A stretch of DNA of 63,643 bases, counting the filler. It is 5 parts of 5 records of this genome, joined end to end, with 100 filler letters (N's around TTAATTAATTAA, not from the genome) between each part and the next. Parts side by side here need not be neighbours in the genome. Positions count along the whole stretch, not along the records: positions 12,710 to 43,632 come from DRR723986_10799; positions 43,733 to 51,140 come from DRR723986_10801; 3 more parts are not named here. One strand, written 5' to 3'. The position numbers were made by a program, and so were the translations under genes. Shown piece after piece: positions 37,657-48,048 of the stretch; position 1 is the first letter of the stretch; each line of letters starts with the position of its first letter. Under the pieces are notes generated by a model. The model was not told where the DNA came from, did no database searches, and was given only the letters and a program-made list of their open reading frames with translations.

Positions 37657-40362
37657 TTATGCGTAGGCTGGATTTGGCTTGTTGGGGTTAATGCCGTATT
37701 TCTTGATTGCTTCACCCACGGTGCTCAGTGGAATGTCACCCTGATCAGCCAAAGCCTTCAGCGCCGCAACCGTCACGAAATAACGGTTCACCTCAAAATG
37801 CTCACGCAACTTGGAGCGGAAATCGGAACGGCCAAAACCATCGGTACCCAGCACTTTGTATTCACGGCCTTTGGGCACGAAGGGTCGAATTTGGTCAGCA
37901 AACAACTTCATGTAGTCGGTTGACGCCACAATTGGGCCTTCGGTTTTGGCCAACATTTTTTCAACATAACTTTGTTTGGATTTCTTCTCTGGATGCAGCA
38001 TGTTTTCACGTTCAACATCCAGACCTTCACGGCGCAGTTCGGTAAAGCTGGTCACAGACCAAACATCGGCTGCGATACCCCAGTCATTTTCAAGCAACTC
38101 GGCCGCTTCCAGTGATTCACGCAAAATAGTGCCTGAGCCCAGCAATTGAACACGCTTCTTGCCAGCCTTTTTCAACGCCGACTCACGGCACACATACATG
38201 CCTTTCAAGATCCCTTCTTCGGTGCCCTTCTTCAGGCCTGGCTGAGCATAGTTCTCGTTCATCACGGTGAGGTAATAGAACACGTTTTCCTGATCTTCCA
38301 CCATGCGTTTCAAGCCATGCTGAATGATCACCGCGAGCTCATGGGCAAAAGTGGGGTCATAACTGACACAGTTTGGAATGGTTGAAGACAGAATATGACT
38401 GTGCCCGTCTTCATGCTGCAAACCCTCACCATTCAATGTGGTGCGTCCTGCTGTACCGCCCAAAAGGAAACCACGCGCCTGCATGTCGCCCGCAGCCCAG
38501 GCCAAATCGCCCACACGCTGGAAACCAAACATGGAGTAGTAAATGTAGAACGGAATCATCACGCGGTTGTTCGTGGAATACGAGGTGGCAGCAGCAATCC
38601 AGGAACTGAATGCGCCTGCTTCGTTAATGCCCTCTTCCAGAATTTGGCCTGCTTTGTCTTCCCGGTAGTACATCACCTGGTCTTTGTCGACAGGCTCGTA
38701 CAACTGGCCTTGTGACGAATAAATACCCAACTGGCGGAACATGCCTTCCATACCAAACGTGCGGGCCTCGTCGGGGACAATTGGCACAATACGCTGACCG
38801 ATTTCCTTGTCGCGCACCAGTGCAGTCAATACGCGCACAAATGCCTGGGTGGTCGAAATTTCACGACCTTCCTTGGTGGGTTCCAGCACGGCTTCGAATG
38901 CATCCAGGCCAGGCACTTTCAGTTTTTCATCAGCCTCGCGACGGCGCTTGGGCAGATAACCCCCCAAGGCATGACGACGTTCATGCAGGTACTTGATTTC
39001 TGGCGCATCGTCGGCAGGTTTGTAGAAAGGAACGTCTTCGATAATGTCGTCGGACACTGGAATATTGAAGCGATCGCGGAATTCCTTGATCGATTGAATG
39101 TCCAGTTTCTTTTGCTGGTGAGTGGTGTTTTTGCCCTGACCCACTTTGCCCATGCCGAAACCCTTCACGGTTTTGGCCAGAATGACAGTCGGCTGACCTT
39201 CATGTTTCATGGCGGCGTCGTAGGCGGCGTAAACCTTGTGCGGGTCGTGACCACCGCGGTTTAAGCGCCAGATGTCTTCGTCGGTCATGCGGGCAACCAT
39301 TTCGAGCAACTTGGGGTGCTTGCCGAAGAAGTTCTTGCGCACGTAGGCGCCGTCGTTGGCTTTGCAGTTCTGGTATTCGCCATCCACCATTTCGTTCATG
39401 ACTTTGCGCATCAAGCCATCTTTGTCGCGGGCCAACAATTCGTCCCAGTAGCCGCCCCAAATGACTTTGAGCACATTCCAGCCTGAGCCGCGGAATTCAC
39501 CCTCCAGTTCCTGAATGATCTTGCCATTGCCGCGCACCGGGCCATCCAGGCGCTGCAAGTTACAGTTCACCACGAACACCAGGTTGTCCAGCTTTTCACG
39601 TGCGGCCATGCCGATCGCGCCCAGCGATTCAGGTTCGTCCATTTCGCCGTCGCCACAGAACACCCACACTTTTCGCTTGGAGGTATCGCAAATGCCGCGA
39701 GCATGAAGATACTTCAGGAAACGGGCCTGATAAATACCCATGAGCGGGCCAAGACCCATCGACACCGTCGGGAACTGCCAGAAATCAGGCATCAATTTCG
39801 GGTGCGGATAGCTGGAAAGGCCCTTGCCATCGACTTCCTGACGGAAGTTGTTTAACTGCTCCTCAGTCAAACGACCCTCCAGAAAAGCGCGAGCATAAAT
39901 ACCGGGTGACACATGCCCCTGGAGGTACAACAGATCGCCACCGTGGTTTTCATTCTCAGCATGCCAAAAATGATTGAAACCAACACCAAGCATGGTTGCC
40001 AGTGACGCAAAGGAGGCAATGTGACCACCGAGATCACCGCCATCGGGTGGGCTTTTCTTGTTGGCGCGCACCACCATGGCCATGGCATTCCATCGCATCC
40101 ATGAACGAAGACGTTCTTCGTATTCCATATTGCCCGGGCAACGTGTTTCAAGATGTACCGGAATGGTGTTCACGTATTCAGTATTGGCCGAGAAAGGAAT
40201 AAACGCACCACTCAGGCGCGCTTTGGCAATCAGTTGTTCAAGCAAGTAATGCGCGCGCTCTGGGCCTTCACGCTCCAGCACGGCCTCTAGGGCATCAAGC
40301 CATTCTTGGGTTTCTTGGAAATCGGGATCGTCCGATCCGGGGAAATTGAGTTGCGCTGACAT
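37657..40362 (-). CDS. aceE: Pyruvate dehydrogenase E1, homodimeric type
   Basis: [58 protein letters not shown]. Confidence 0.99.
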   Translation of the reverse strand: MSAQLNFPGSDDPDFQETQEWLDALEAVLEREGPERAHYLLEQLIAKARLSGAFIPFSANTEYVNTIPVHLETRCPGNMEYEERLRSWMRWNAMAMVVRANKKSPPDGGDLGGHIASFASLATMLGVGFNHFWHAENENHGGDLLYLQGHVSPGIYARAFLEGRLTEEQLNNFRQEVDGKGLSSYPHPKLMPDFWQFPTVSMGLGPLMGIYQARFLKYLHARGICDTSKRKVWVFCGDGEMDEPESLGAIGMAAREKLDNLVFVVNCNLQRLDGPVRGNGKIIQELEGEFRGSGWNVLKVIWGGYWDELLARDKDGLMRKVMNEMVDGEYQNCKANDGAYVRKNFFGKHPKLLEMVARMTDEDIWRLNRGGHDPHKVYAAYDAAMKHEGQPTVILAKTVKGFGMGKVGQGKNTTHQQKKLDIQSIKEFRDRFNIPVSDDIIEDVPFYKPADDAPEIKYLHERRHALGGYLPKRRREADEKLKVPGLDAFEAVLEPTKEGREISTTQAFVRVLTALVRDKEIGQRIVPIVPDEARTFGMEGMFRQLGIYSSQGQLYEPVDKDQVMYYREDKAGQILEEGINEAGAFSSWIAAATSYSTNNRVMIPFYIYYSMFGFQRVGDLAWAAGDMQARGFLLGGTAGRTTLNGEGLQHEDGHSHILSSTIPNCVSYDPTFAHELAVIIQHGLKRMVEDQENVFYYLTVMNENYAQPGLKKGTEEGILKGMYVCRESALKKAGKKRVQLLGSGTILRESLEAAELLENDWGIAADVWSVTSFTELRREGLDVERENMLHPEKKSKQSYVEKMLAKTEGPIVASTDYMKLFADQIRPFVPKGREYKVLGTDGFGRSDFRSKLREHFEVNRYFVTVAALKALADQGDIPLSTVGEAIKKYGINPNKPNPAYA

Positions 40363-40544
40363 TGCTTCCTCCTTGGGTCTCTGGGTTCTTTTGCAGAAAC
40401 ACGAGCTTTTGGCTGTATTTCCTGTTGATATTAGAGTATCACACCTAATTTAAAAAGTTTCAAATTATGATTTGAGTTTTCATATTATGGAATATCTAAG
40501 GATTTTCCCGAATCACCCTGAATCCATTTCCCTCATAGGGCTGC

Positions 40545-42926
40545 TTGTTTGTACACTTCAGACATCTTCAGAAATTCGAGACAAAGTCGACCGTGCGCCT
40601 CAGCGATCAACCCCGTACAAGCCCTCTGGTTTGGGCCACCCCGCTGGTGGGCATTATTCTGTTTTTGCTCGCGATGGGCGCTTTCTTCTATACCCTTCAC
40701 TCGGAAGATCAGAATCAGACGCAATTGCGCGTCATTCGTGATGTGGAACTGGCCCGGCAAACCATTCGTACCCGCTTGCTGGCCTCGCAAGAACGCCTGA
40801 ACCAGATTGCTCGCGGGTTTGAGCAGAACAGCACCGATGTGGAAGGTTTCCGCTTTTCAGCCCAAGCGCTGCTCAATGAATTTCAGGAGATCAGCAGCAT
40901 TCTGATCATTGATGAAGAAAGACGGGTGACCAATTTGGCGTTGCCCAGTTTGCGCTCATCCGAAGTACTCCACCCCCTTTACCAAACCATTGAAGATGCC
41001 GAAAGTTATTGGGCATTCAACACGGCCAGGGAAACCCGATTGCCAGTTTTTTCAAGACCGTTTCTTGACCCGTCCGGAAAGGTATTCATCGAAGTACACA
41101 GTCCAATTTTCAGCAAAGGGGACTTCATCGGCACAGTGGCCGCAACCATCCCATTGGGTTCGCTGCTGAACGATGCAGTACCCGAGTCCTTTGTTCAGCT
41201 TTACCTGGTCAGTATTGTGGACGGGGGCGGCAACCCGGTCGCGTCCAATGTCAGTCGATCGATCGACAATGCAAAGTTGAGTCACGAAGTTCCGCTGGAC
41301 CCGCCCGGTCATGGCCTGAAACTTCGTGCCGTGCTTTACAAGACCAACACAGAGTTGTTTTCCAACATGCTTGCATGGGCGGTGTTTGGACTTTCCCTGG
41401 TGATCGTGTGGAGTTTTATCTTGTTGTTTCGACATGCGAAACTTCGCAGTCAAGCTGAGAAGCGTTTGCTGGCCGAAACCAAGTTTCGACGGGCGATGGA
41501 GGACTCTGTAGTTACCGGTATGCGGGCCATCGACATGCAGGGTCGCATTACCTATGTAAACCCTGCTTTTTGCCGAATGACTGGCTACAAGGAAACAGAG
41601 CTGGTTGGTATGGCCCCACCCTTTCCGTATTGGCCTGACCGATCCTATGAAGAACAGCAAACCAACCTGGATTTGATTTTGTCAGGCAATGCGCCACAAA
41701 AAGGCATTGAAGTACAGGTTCGCAGACGGGACGGCAGCGTGTTTGACGCACGCATGTATGTGTCACCCCTGGTCGACAGTGAAGGCCAGCAAAGCGGCTG
41801 GATGACTTCGATGACTGACATTACCGAGCCGCGTCGAATTCGCGACGAACTGGCGGCGGCCCATCGGCGATTTGTTCGCATCCTTGAGGAACTGGATGCT
41901 GCCGTGTGTGTGCAAGGCCCAGACGCCGGCGCTGACGAGTATATTTTTGTGAACAGGCTACATCGCGAGTGGTTTGGCACGGCCACACCACCCCGAATGT
42001 CGAAAAACCGTCGGAACCGGATCAATTTGTATGAACCTTTTGAATGGCTCAACCCGGTCTCTCAGCGTTGGTATGAGGTTCGGAGGCGATCCATTTCATG
42101 GGTCGATGGCGCAACCGTGGTGATGCAAGTGGCCACAGACATTTCTTCACGCAAGGAGGCCGAAGAGATGTCGCGACAGCAACAGGAAAAGTTGCAGTTC
42201 ACTTCCCGATTGATCACCTTGGGCGAATTGGCCTCCTCGTTGGCCCACGAAATTAATCAGCCACTGGCCGCGATTTCCAACTACAACATGGGCAGCGTGA
42301 CCCGACTCAGAGCCGGAAAAGTGAGCCCCGAAGACTTGCTGCCTGTCCTTGAAAAAGTAAATGTACAGGCACAGCGCGCGGGCGATGTGATTCGTCGAAT
42401 TCGCGAATTCGTCAAACAGCAGGAACCCAAACGCGGTCCTTGCCCCATCGGCAAGATCATTGAAGACGCGATCAGCTTTTCCCGCCTTGAGGCCAAGCAC
42501 CAGTCTGCCCGCATTGAGATGAACCTGCCCAATGCACTGATGTCGGTAGTAGCCGATCCGGTGTTGATTGAGCAAGTGCTGATGAACCTGATCAAAAATG
42601 GCCTTGAAGCGATGAGCCACTTGCAGCCTGAGCAAAAATTGATCGAAATTCAGGTCGGTCAATCGGCTCAGTTCGCCCTGATTGAAGTTCGGGATCATGG
42701 CGTGGGGGTGCCCGAAGACATCCGTCAAAGGTTGTTTGAGTCGTTTTTCACCACCAAATCCGATGGAATGGGTATGGGCCTGAACATCTGTCGTACTATT
42801 ATTGAGTATCATCAAGGCCAATTGTGGGTAGAACCCGCGCAAGGCCAGGGCAGTGTCTTCAAGTTCACGCTGCCATTGGCCGAAGACTCGGTGCTTGCGC
42901 ACGTCAACCCACCTGTTATGGAATAA
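40545..42926 (+). CDS. Membrane PAS-domain sensor histidine kinase (Burkholderiales FixL-like)
   Basis: Two TMs flanking periplasmic domain; PAS (YVNPAFCRMTG...PPFPYW); H box LAHEINQPL; G boxes FFTTK.DGMGMGL; divergent from aceE; start uncertain. Confidence 0.92.
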   Translation: MFVHFRHLQKFETKSTVRLSDQPRTSPLVWATPLVGIILFLLAMGAFFYTLHSEDQNQTQLRVIRDVELARQTIRTRLLASQERLNQIARGFEQNSTDVEGFRFSAQALLNEFQEISSILIIDEERRVTNLALPSLRSSEVLHPLYQTIEDAESYWAFNTARETRLPVFSRPFLDPSGKVFIEVHSPIFSKGDFIGTVAATIPLGSLLNDAVPESFVQLYLVSIVDGGGNPVASNVSRSIDNAKLSHEVPLDPPGHGLKLRAVLYKTNTELFSNMLAWAVFGLSLVIVWSFILLFRHAKLRSQAEKRLLAETKFRRAMEDSVVTGMRAIDMQGRITYVNPAFCRMTGYKETELVGMAPPFPYWPDRSYEEQQTNLDLILSGNAPQKGIEVQVRRRDGSVFDARMYVSPLVDSEGQQSGWMTSMTDITEPRRIRDELAAAHRRFVRILEELDAAVCVQGPDAGADEYIFVNRLHREWFGTATPPRMSKNRRNRINLYEPFEWLNPVSQRWYEVRRRSISWVDGATVVMQVATDISSRKEAEEMSRQQQEKLQFTSRLITLGELASSLAHEINQPLAAISNYNMGSVTRLRAGKVSPEDLLPVLEKVNVQAQRAGDVIRRIREFVKQQEPKRGPCPIGKIIEDAISFSRLEAKHQSARIEMNLPNALMSVVADPVLIEQVLMNLIKNGLEAMSHLQPEQKLIEIQVGQSAQFALIEVRDHGVGVPEDIRQRLFESFFTTKSDGMGMGLNICRTIIEYHQGQLWVEPAQGQGSVFKFTLPLAEDSVLAHVNPPVME

Positions 42927-42961
42927 AGCCAATGCTCCACACTCAGCCACGCCCCACCGAT

Positions 42962-43579
42962 ATGCAAGAAACCGTGTTCATCGTGGATGACGATGAGGCG
43001 GTACGGGATTCTCTTCAATGGCTAATTGAAACCGAGGGCTATCAGGTGAAAACCTATGAAGACCCAGAATTGTTTCTGGAGCAACTGGTGTGGCCCCTCC
43101 CGTGTGTATTGTTGCTGGACATTCGCATGCCCAAACTCTCGGGCCTCGAGGTTCAAAAAACACTGAACGAACGTGGCATACCCATTCCCATTGTATTTAT
43201 CACTGGTCATGGCGATGTCACACTGGCTGTGGAAACGATGAAAAATGGTGCAGTTGATTTCCTCGAGAAGCCATTCGATGAAGGCAAAATCAAAGACCTT
43301 ATCCACCAGCACATGCAACTAGCCCACGAGCTTGCCCAAAACGCCAAGCTCGATGAGCAGATCAACAAACTCTATTCCAAATTGACCACACGTGAATTGC
43401 AGGTGCTGGAGCGGATTGTATCGGGCCGGCTGAACAAGCAAATTGCTGATGATCTGAACATCAGTATCAAAACTGTGGAAGCGCACCGCGCCAACATCAT
43501 GGACAAGTTGCAGGTGACCACTGTGGCGGATTTGTTGAAAATCGCCTTGCGCAAATCACCGGAACTGGCACAACCCTGA
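42962..43579 (+). CDS. FixJ-like response regulator (REC + LuxR HTH)
   Basis: IVDDD, LLDIRMP, FITGHGD, FLEKPF, LNKQIADDLNISIKTVEAHRAN. Confidence 0.94.
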   Translation: MQETVFIVDDDEAVRDSLQWLIETEGYQVKTYEDPELFLEQLVWPLPCVLLLDIRMPKLSGLEVQKTLNERGIPIPIVFITGHGDVTLAVETMKNGAVDFLEKPFDEGKIKDLIHQHMQLAHELAQNAKLDEQINKLYSKLTTRELQVLERIVSGRLNKQIADDLNISIKTVEAHRANIMDKLQVTTVADLLKIALRKSPELAQP

Positions 43580-43632
43580 ACACCACCAACGAGGCCCGCC
43601 AGATACCTTTGCTGGGCCTCGTTCAATTGAAC

Positions 43633-43732
43633 NNNNNNNNNNNNNNNNNNNNNNNNNNNNNNNNNNNNNNNNNNNNTTAATTAATTAANNNNNNNNNNNN
43701 NNNNNNNNNNNNNNNNNNNNNNNNNNNNNNNN
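43633..43732. other. Artificial contig linker
   Basis: 44 N + TTAATTAATTAA + 44 N. Confidence 0.98.
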
Positions 43733-43853
43733 TGTTTTCCGAGGCGATCAGCTCGATCTCGTTGCGCTGGCGGCCCAGCTCTTGGGTGATCGACTGGTAA
43801 AGGGCGGGGTCGCGCGTTGCGAGGGATTCGGTAAAGAAACCGGGGTTAGACAT
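43733..43853 (-). CDS. glyA: Serine hydroxymethyltransferase, N-terminal fragment
   Basis: MSNPGFFTESLATRDPALYQSITQELGRQRNEIELIASEN, truncated by contig end. Confidence 0.93.
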
Positions 43854-44027
43854 CAGGCGCTCCGTTTCCATTCAGGTTGCGTTGGCGTTGTCCTAGGGGA
43901 AAACGCCGCCAACAGGAAGTGTTGAAAGCGACGCAGCACCCCTGCAAGGCGGCAGGGCTGGCACAATCGCGCCAGTTATGCTTTTTTCACCCCAAGACAC
44001 CCCGGCGCCCCAATCAAAAGGTCAGAT

Positions 44028-44789
44028 ATGCCCATCGCGATAGCATTTGCCGCCTCTGACGCGCCGCTGGCCCAAACCGCGCGTGCCGCGCTGATCGGCC
44101 AATATGGCAATGTGCCCGAAGAACAGGCGCAGGTGATCGTGGCGCTGGGGGGCGATGGGTTTATGTTGCAAACCCTGCATCGCACCCAAGAGCTGGACGT
44201 GCCCGTTTACGGCATGAATCGCGGCACCGTGGGCTTTTTGATGAATGCCTATTGCGAGGGCGATTTGCTGCGCCGCCTGTCTGATGCCCAGGAAGAGGTG
44301 CTAAACCCCCTGCGCATGCATGCCGAATGCGCCGATGGCAGCCAGCATAATGCCTTGGCCATCAACGAAGTATCGCTGCTGCGCCAGGGGCCGCAGGCCG
44401 CCAAGCTGCGCATCACCGTCGATGGCCGGCTGCGGATGGAAGAGCTGGTTTGCGACGGGGCGCTGGTTGCTACGCCCGCGGGCTCGACCGCGTATAACTA
44501 TTCCGCCCACGGGCCGATTTTGCCCATTGGATCAGATGTTTTGGCGCTGACCGCGATTGCGCCCTTTCGGCCCAGGCGCTGGCGCGGGGCCTTGCTGCCC
44601 AAAAACGCCAAGGTGCGCATCGATGTGACCGAGCCTGAAAAGCGCCCCGTGATGGCCGATGCCGATTCGCGCTCGGTGCGCGATGTGGTGTCAGTGGAAA
44701 TCAGCAGCGCCCCTGAAATTGCCCATCGCATCCTGTTTGACCCGGGCCATGGGCTGGAAGAGCGGCTGATCCGCGAACAATTCGCCTAA
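44028..44789 (+). CDS. nadK: NAD kinase
   Basis: LGGDGFML, GTVGFLMN, AINE, DGALVATPAGSTAYNYSAHGP. Confidence 0.95.
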   Translation: MPIAIAFAASDAPLAQTARAALIGQYGNVPEEQAQVIVALGGDGFMLQTLHRTQELDVPVYGMNRGTVGFLMNAYCEGDLLRRLSDAQEEVLNPLRMHAECADGSQHNALAINEVSLLRQGPQAAKLRITVDGRLRMEELVCDGALVATPAGSTAYNYSAHGPILPIGSDVLALTAIAPFRPRRWRGALLPKNAKVRIDVTEPEKRPVMADADSRSVRDVVSVEISSAPEIAHRILFDPGHGLEERLIREQFA

Positions 44790-45082
44790 TTGCCCGCCGC
44801 CAGCGCGGCAAACAGCTGGCGGTTTTCACAGCCGGCCAGCGCCTGGTCTTCTTTGCGCCTGTTACCCTTTAAAAACGCTTTGCAGGGCTGCACTTGGGCG
44901 CAGCCACGGCAGCGCGTCAGCAACGCGCCCCACTCTTCCAGGCTTAACGCGCCACTGCGCCGTGCGGCCACCAGATCGGCGCCTTGGGCACGGGCCATAT
45001 CCTGCACCAGCCAGAAATGGGTAACGGCATCGCCCAAAACCCGTGGGCGCGTGGGCGAGGATGGTTTGGCATAAAACGTCAT
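44786..45082 (-). CDS. Small Cys-rich protein, DUF6455-like
   Basis: GGAGG RBS before ATG 45082; RCRGC-x5-C...CEN pattern. Confidence 0.75.
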   Translation of the reverse strand: MTFYAKPSSPTRPRVLGDAVTHFWLVQDMARAQGADLVAARRSGALSLEEWGALLTRCRGCAQVQPCKAFLKGNRRKEDQALAGCENRQLFAALAAGN

Positions 45083-45137
45083 CGGCACCTCCCTGTGATG
45101 GCAGGCACCAGACTGGGCCAGCGCGGCGGCGGTGGCT

Positions 45138-45151
45138 TTGATCTTGATCAA
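45138..45151. promoter_or_regulatory. FNR/FnrL binding site
   Basis: Perfect TTGAT-CTTG-ATCAA, 55 nt upstream of the DUF6455-like start codon. Confidence 0.8.
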
Positions 45152-45161
45152 GGCGCCGCGC

Positions 45162-45521
45162 TTAGGCAGGGGCGTGCTGGGCCAACAATGCCTCGACACA
45201 GGTTTGCACATGGCGAAACCGGTCGCCGCCCAGGTGTTTGCCCCCATACCAGCGCGTCACCACCACCGCCAGGTTGCGCCGCTCGGCGCGTTCCAGCATG
45301 CGCAAAATCACCATGCCGGCGCCCGCCTCGCCATCGTCGTTTTTCAGCTGCGTGCCGTCAGTCAGCACCGCCGCCCATGTGTTATGCGTGGCCTTTGCGA
45401 ATTTCTTGTTGCGCTTCAACGCTTTCAGGAAATCGGCAATCTCGGCTTCGGTTTCCACCACCTGCCCAGACACAGCGTAGCGCGAGCCGCGATCGGTCAG
45501 CACATGGGCAATCTGCCACAT
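45162..45521 (-). CDS. YigZ/IMPACT-family protein (N-terminal domain only)
   Basis: DRGSRY, KATHNTWA, DDGEAGAG, VVTRWYGGKHLG. Confidence 0.9.
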   Translation of the reverse strand: MWQIAHVLTDRGSRYAVSGQVVETEAEIADFLKALKRNKKFAKATHNTWAAVLTDGTQLKNDDGEAGAGMVILRMLERAERRNLAVVVTRWYGGKHLGGDRFRHVQTCVEALLAQHAPA

Positions 45522-45523
45522 GC

Positions 45524-46225
45524 CTACAGCCCTGCCGCCACGCGGCGCACGGTTTCAATACGCTGCGCATTCGGGGGGTGGGTGCCCAAAAAGCGGTTCC
45601 CGGGGTCAGGAATGCGGGTGAAAAACGCAGCGCCGCGAATAGGGTCGAACCCTGCGCGCAGGGATATCACCGTGCCCAGCGCATCGGCCTCTAGCTCGAA
45701 ATCCTTGGAATAGGTGCGCGCGCCCACCGTCGCCCCCAGCTCTTGCGCCGATCTGATGCCGTTCACATCTGCCCCGGTCAGGCTGGCAAGACCTGCAAAA
45801 ATCACCGCCCCCGCGGTGGCTGCCTCGCGCTGGCGCGCCAGGTGGCCGGCAATGTGATGCGCGGCCTCGTGGCCCATCACAAAGGCCAGCTCGTCGGCGT
45901 TTTGCACCGTGGCAATCAGCGCCAGGTTAAAGGCCAGCACCGGGCGCCCCTGCGCATCAAGCGTTTGAAAGGCATTGGGCGGCTGGCCGGGCCGGTCATC
46001 GACCACGATCTTGAAATCGCAATTGGCATTTGGCAAGCGCTGGCGGCATTCGGCCTCGGCCACGGGTTCAACCTGCTGCACCACGCTGATAAATTGCCGC
46101 GCGGCCTGATCTGGGGGCAGGCTGGGCACCAAGGCCGGGCGCGGCTGCGGCGCGGGCGTGGGGGCCGTGCCCATACAGGCGGAAAGACTGGCCATCAGGG
46201 CCAAAGATGTCAGCAAACGCAGCAT
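45524..46225 (-). CDS. M48-family zinc metallopeptidase lipoprotein
   Basis: Lipobox LSAC; PNAF; GHEAAHH; ELEAD; THP. Confidence 0.92.
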   Translation of the reverse strand: MLRLLTSLALMASLSACMGTAPTPAPQPRPALVPSLPPDQAARQFISVVQQVEPVAEAECRQRLPNANCDFKIVVDDRPGQPPNAFQTLDAQGRPVLAFNLALIATVQNADELAFVMGHEAAHHIAGHLARQREAATAGAVIFAGLASLTGADVNGIRSAQELGATVGARTYSKDFELEADALGTVISLRAGFDPIRGAAFFTRIPDPGNRFLGTHPPNAQRIETVRRVAAGL

Positions 46226-46344
46226 GCGCGATCCTTACACCAAAGCAAAAACCATATGCCACACTTAGCAGCCTTTGCGCCCAGCGCCATAGCTTGGCGC
46301 ACCAAAGCGCTTGCAGTGGCGAAAAAGGGCCGTAACATGGGGCT

Positions 46345-46578
46345 ATGTTCAGCATCGAGCACGATTTTGACGCCACAGTGATCACCCTGATCGACGAGGG
46401 CCAGGCGCCCTTGGCCGAAGATATCACAATCAATGCCTTTGCCGAATGCATCACCCTGGAACAATACGACGCGCGTAGCGACAGCGTGCAGAAAATCACC
46501 CTGTCGATCACCCAGCTGAATGAATTGGCCCTGGCACTGAACCTGCCCGAGGGGCTTTATTCGCGCCTGCAGCGCTAG
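46345..46578 (+). CDS. Small acidic hypothetical protein
   Basis: 77-aa ORF filling the gap, host-like codon usage, stop overlaps yggU stop. Confidence 0.7.
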   Translation: MFSIEHDFDATVITLIDEGQAPLAEDITINAFAECITLEQYDARSDSVQKITLSITQLNELALALNLPEGLYSRLQR

Positions 46579-46838
46579 GGCTGATAGCGAAACACCTTAT
46601 CGCGCGCGGTTGCGCCGCGCACCAAAACCAGCTGGGTTTTGGCCACGCCCATGGCGCGGGCCAATAATTTACGCACGGCCTCATTGGCTTTGCCATCTTC
46701 GGGGGGCGCGGTGACATAGGCGCGCAACTGCCCCTCGTGCCACAGCAGCCTGTCACGGCTGGCTTTTGGGGTAACGCGCAGGGCAATATCGGTGCCACTG
46801 ACCGCAAGCTGGGATAAATTGATGTGTTTCACTGCCAT
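46575..46838 (-). CDS. DUF167 / YggU-family protein
   Basis: LRVTPKASR, VTAPPEDGKANEAV, GATARDK. Confidence 0.9.
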   Translation of the reverse strand: MAVKHINLSQLAVSGTDIALRVTPKASRDRLLWHEGQLRAYVTAPPEDGKANEAVRKLLARAMGVAKTQLVLVRGATARDKVFRYQP

Positions 46839-46905
46839 GCCAAAGCATGGACAATTCCGCCGCCGAATTGAATAGTTGGCATCACAGGACTGCAGGGGCA
46901 AACAG

Positions 46906-48012
46906 ATGGCGACAGGCTTTTTTCATGACGAGCGGTGTTTTTGGCATTCGGGCGGCAACTATGCCCTGACCCTGCCAGTGGGCGATCTGGTGCAGCCGCT
47001 GGCGGCAGGCGGGCTGCCAGAAAGCCCCGAAACCAAACGCCGGTTGAAAAACCTGGCCGAGGTCAGCGGCCTTTTGGCCACGCTCAAGGTGCAAAGCGCC
47101 GCGCCCGCCACATGGGAAGATCTGGCGCGCGTGCACCCCGAAACCTATTTGCAGGCCTTCAAAGATCTCTCCGATGCGGGGGGCGGTGAATTGGGCCTGC
47201 GCACCCCTTTTGGCAAGGGCGGGTTTGAAATTGCAGCCCTCTCGGCGGGGCTGGCCAAGGCCGCGCTGCATGCGGTGGCCACGGGGCAGCTGGAAAATGC
47301 CTATGCGCTGTCGCGCCCGCCGGGCCACCACTGCCTGCCCGATTGGCCCAACGGCTTTTGCCTGATGGCCAATATCCCCGTCGCCATCGAGGCCGCCCGC
47401 GCCGCCGGTTTGCTGGGGCGTGTGGCGGTGGTGGATTGGGATGTGCACCACGGCAATGGCACCGAAGCCATCTATTACGAGCGCGCCGATACCCTCACCA
47501 TCTCAGTGCACCAAGAGCGCAATTACCCCTTGGATACTGGCGATATCACCGATCGCGGGCGCGGCGATGGCATGGGCAGCAATATCAACATCCCCCTGCC
47601 CCCCGGCGCCGGGCATGACACCTATATGCAGGTGATGCGCCGCATTATCCGCCCCGCGCTCGAGGCGTTTCAGCCCGATGCCATCATCGTGGCCTGTGGC
47701 TATGATGCCAGCGCCTTTGATCCGCTGGCGCGTATGCTGGCCTCGGCCCAAACCTTTCGCGAGATGACCGCTGAAATCAAAGACGCCGCCACCCAGCTGT
47801 GCCAGGGCCGGTTGCTGATGGTGCACGAGGGCGGTTATTCCGAGGCCTATGTGCCCTTTTGCGGCCATGCGGTGCTAGAGGCGCTGTCAGGCAGCCCCAT
47901 CACCGCCCCCGACCCAATGGCCCATGCGGTGGCCGCGCGCCAGCCCAACGCACGCATGCAGGCCGTTTATGCACAGCTGGTCGAAGAGATGGCGCAGGAA
48001 CTGGGCCTTTAG
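46906..48012 (+). CDS. Class II histone deacetylase-like amidohydrolase (HDAH-type)
   Basis: RPPGHH, GFC, DWDVHHGNGT, GYDA, HEGGY. Confidence 0.93.
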   Translation: MATGFFHDERCFWHSGGNYALTLPVGDLVQPLAAGGLPESPETKRRLKNLAEVSGLLATLKVQSAAPATWEDLARVHPETYLQAFKDLSDAGGGELGLRTPFGKGGFEIAALSAGLAKAALHAVATGQLENAYALSRPPGHHCLPDWPNGFCLMANIPVAIEAARAAGLLGRVAVVDWDVHHGNGTEAIYYERADTLTISVHQERNYPLDTGDITDRGRGDGMGSNINIPLPPGAGHDTYMQVMRRIIRPALEAFQPDAIIVACGYDASAFDPLARMLASAQTFREMTAEIKDAATQLCQGRLLMVHEGGYSEAYVPFCGHAVLEALSGSPITAPDPMAHAVAARQPNARMQAVYAQLVEEMAQELGL

Positions 48013-48048
48013 GCCCGCCCAAACGCGTTTGTTTTAGAAAGGATTTTT

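Noticed and set aside
36663-37691. 342-aa plus-strand ORF opposite aceF
   Set aside because: Antisense shadow with no motifs.
43588-43632. Hairpin after the response regulator and terminal palindrome GTTCAATTGAAC as a mobile-element end
   Set aside because: No transposase or target duplication; likely a weak terminator next to a contig end.
43854-44027. Glycine or ZTP riboswitch upstream of glyA
   Set aside because: Short divergent promoter region without the conserved aptamer motifs.
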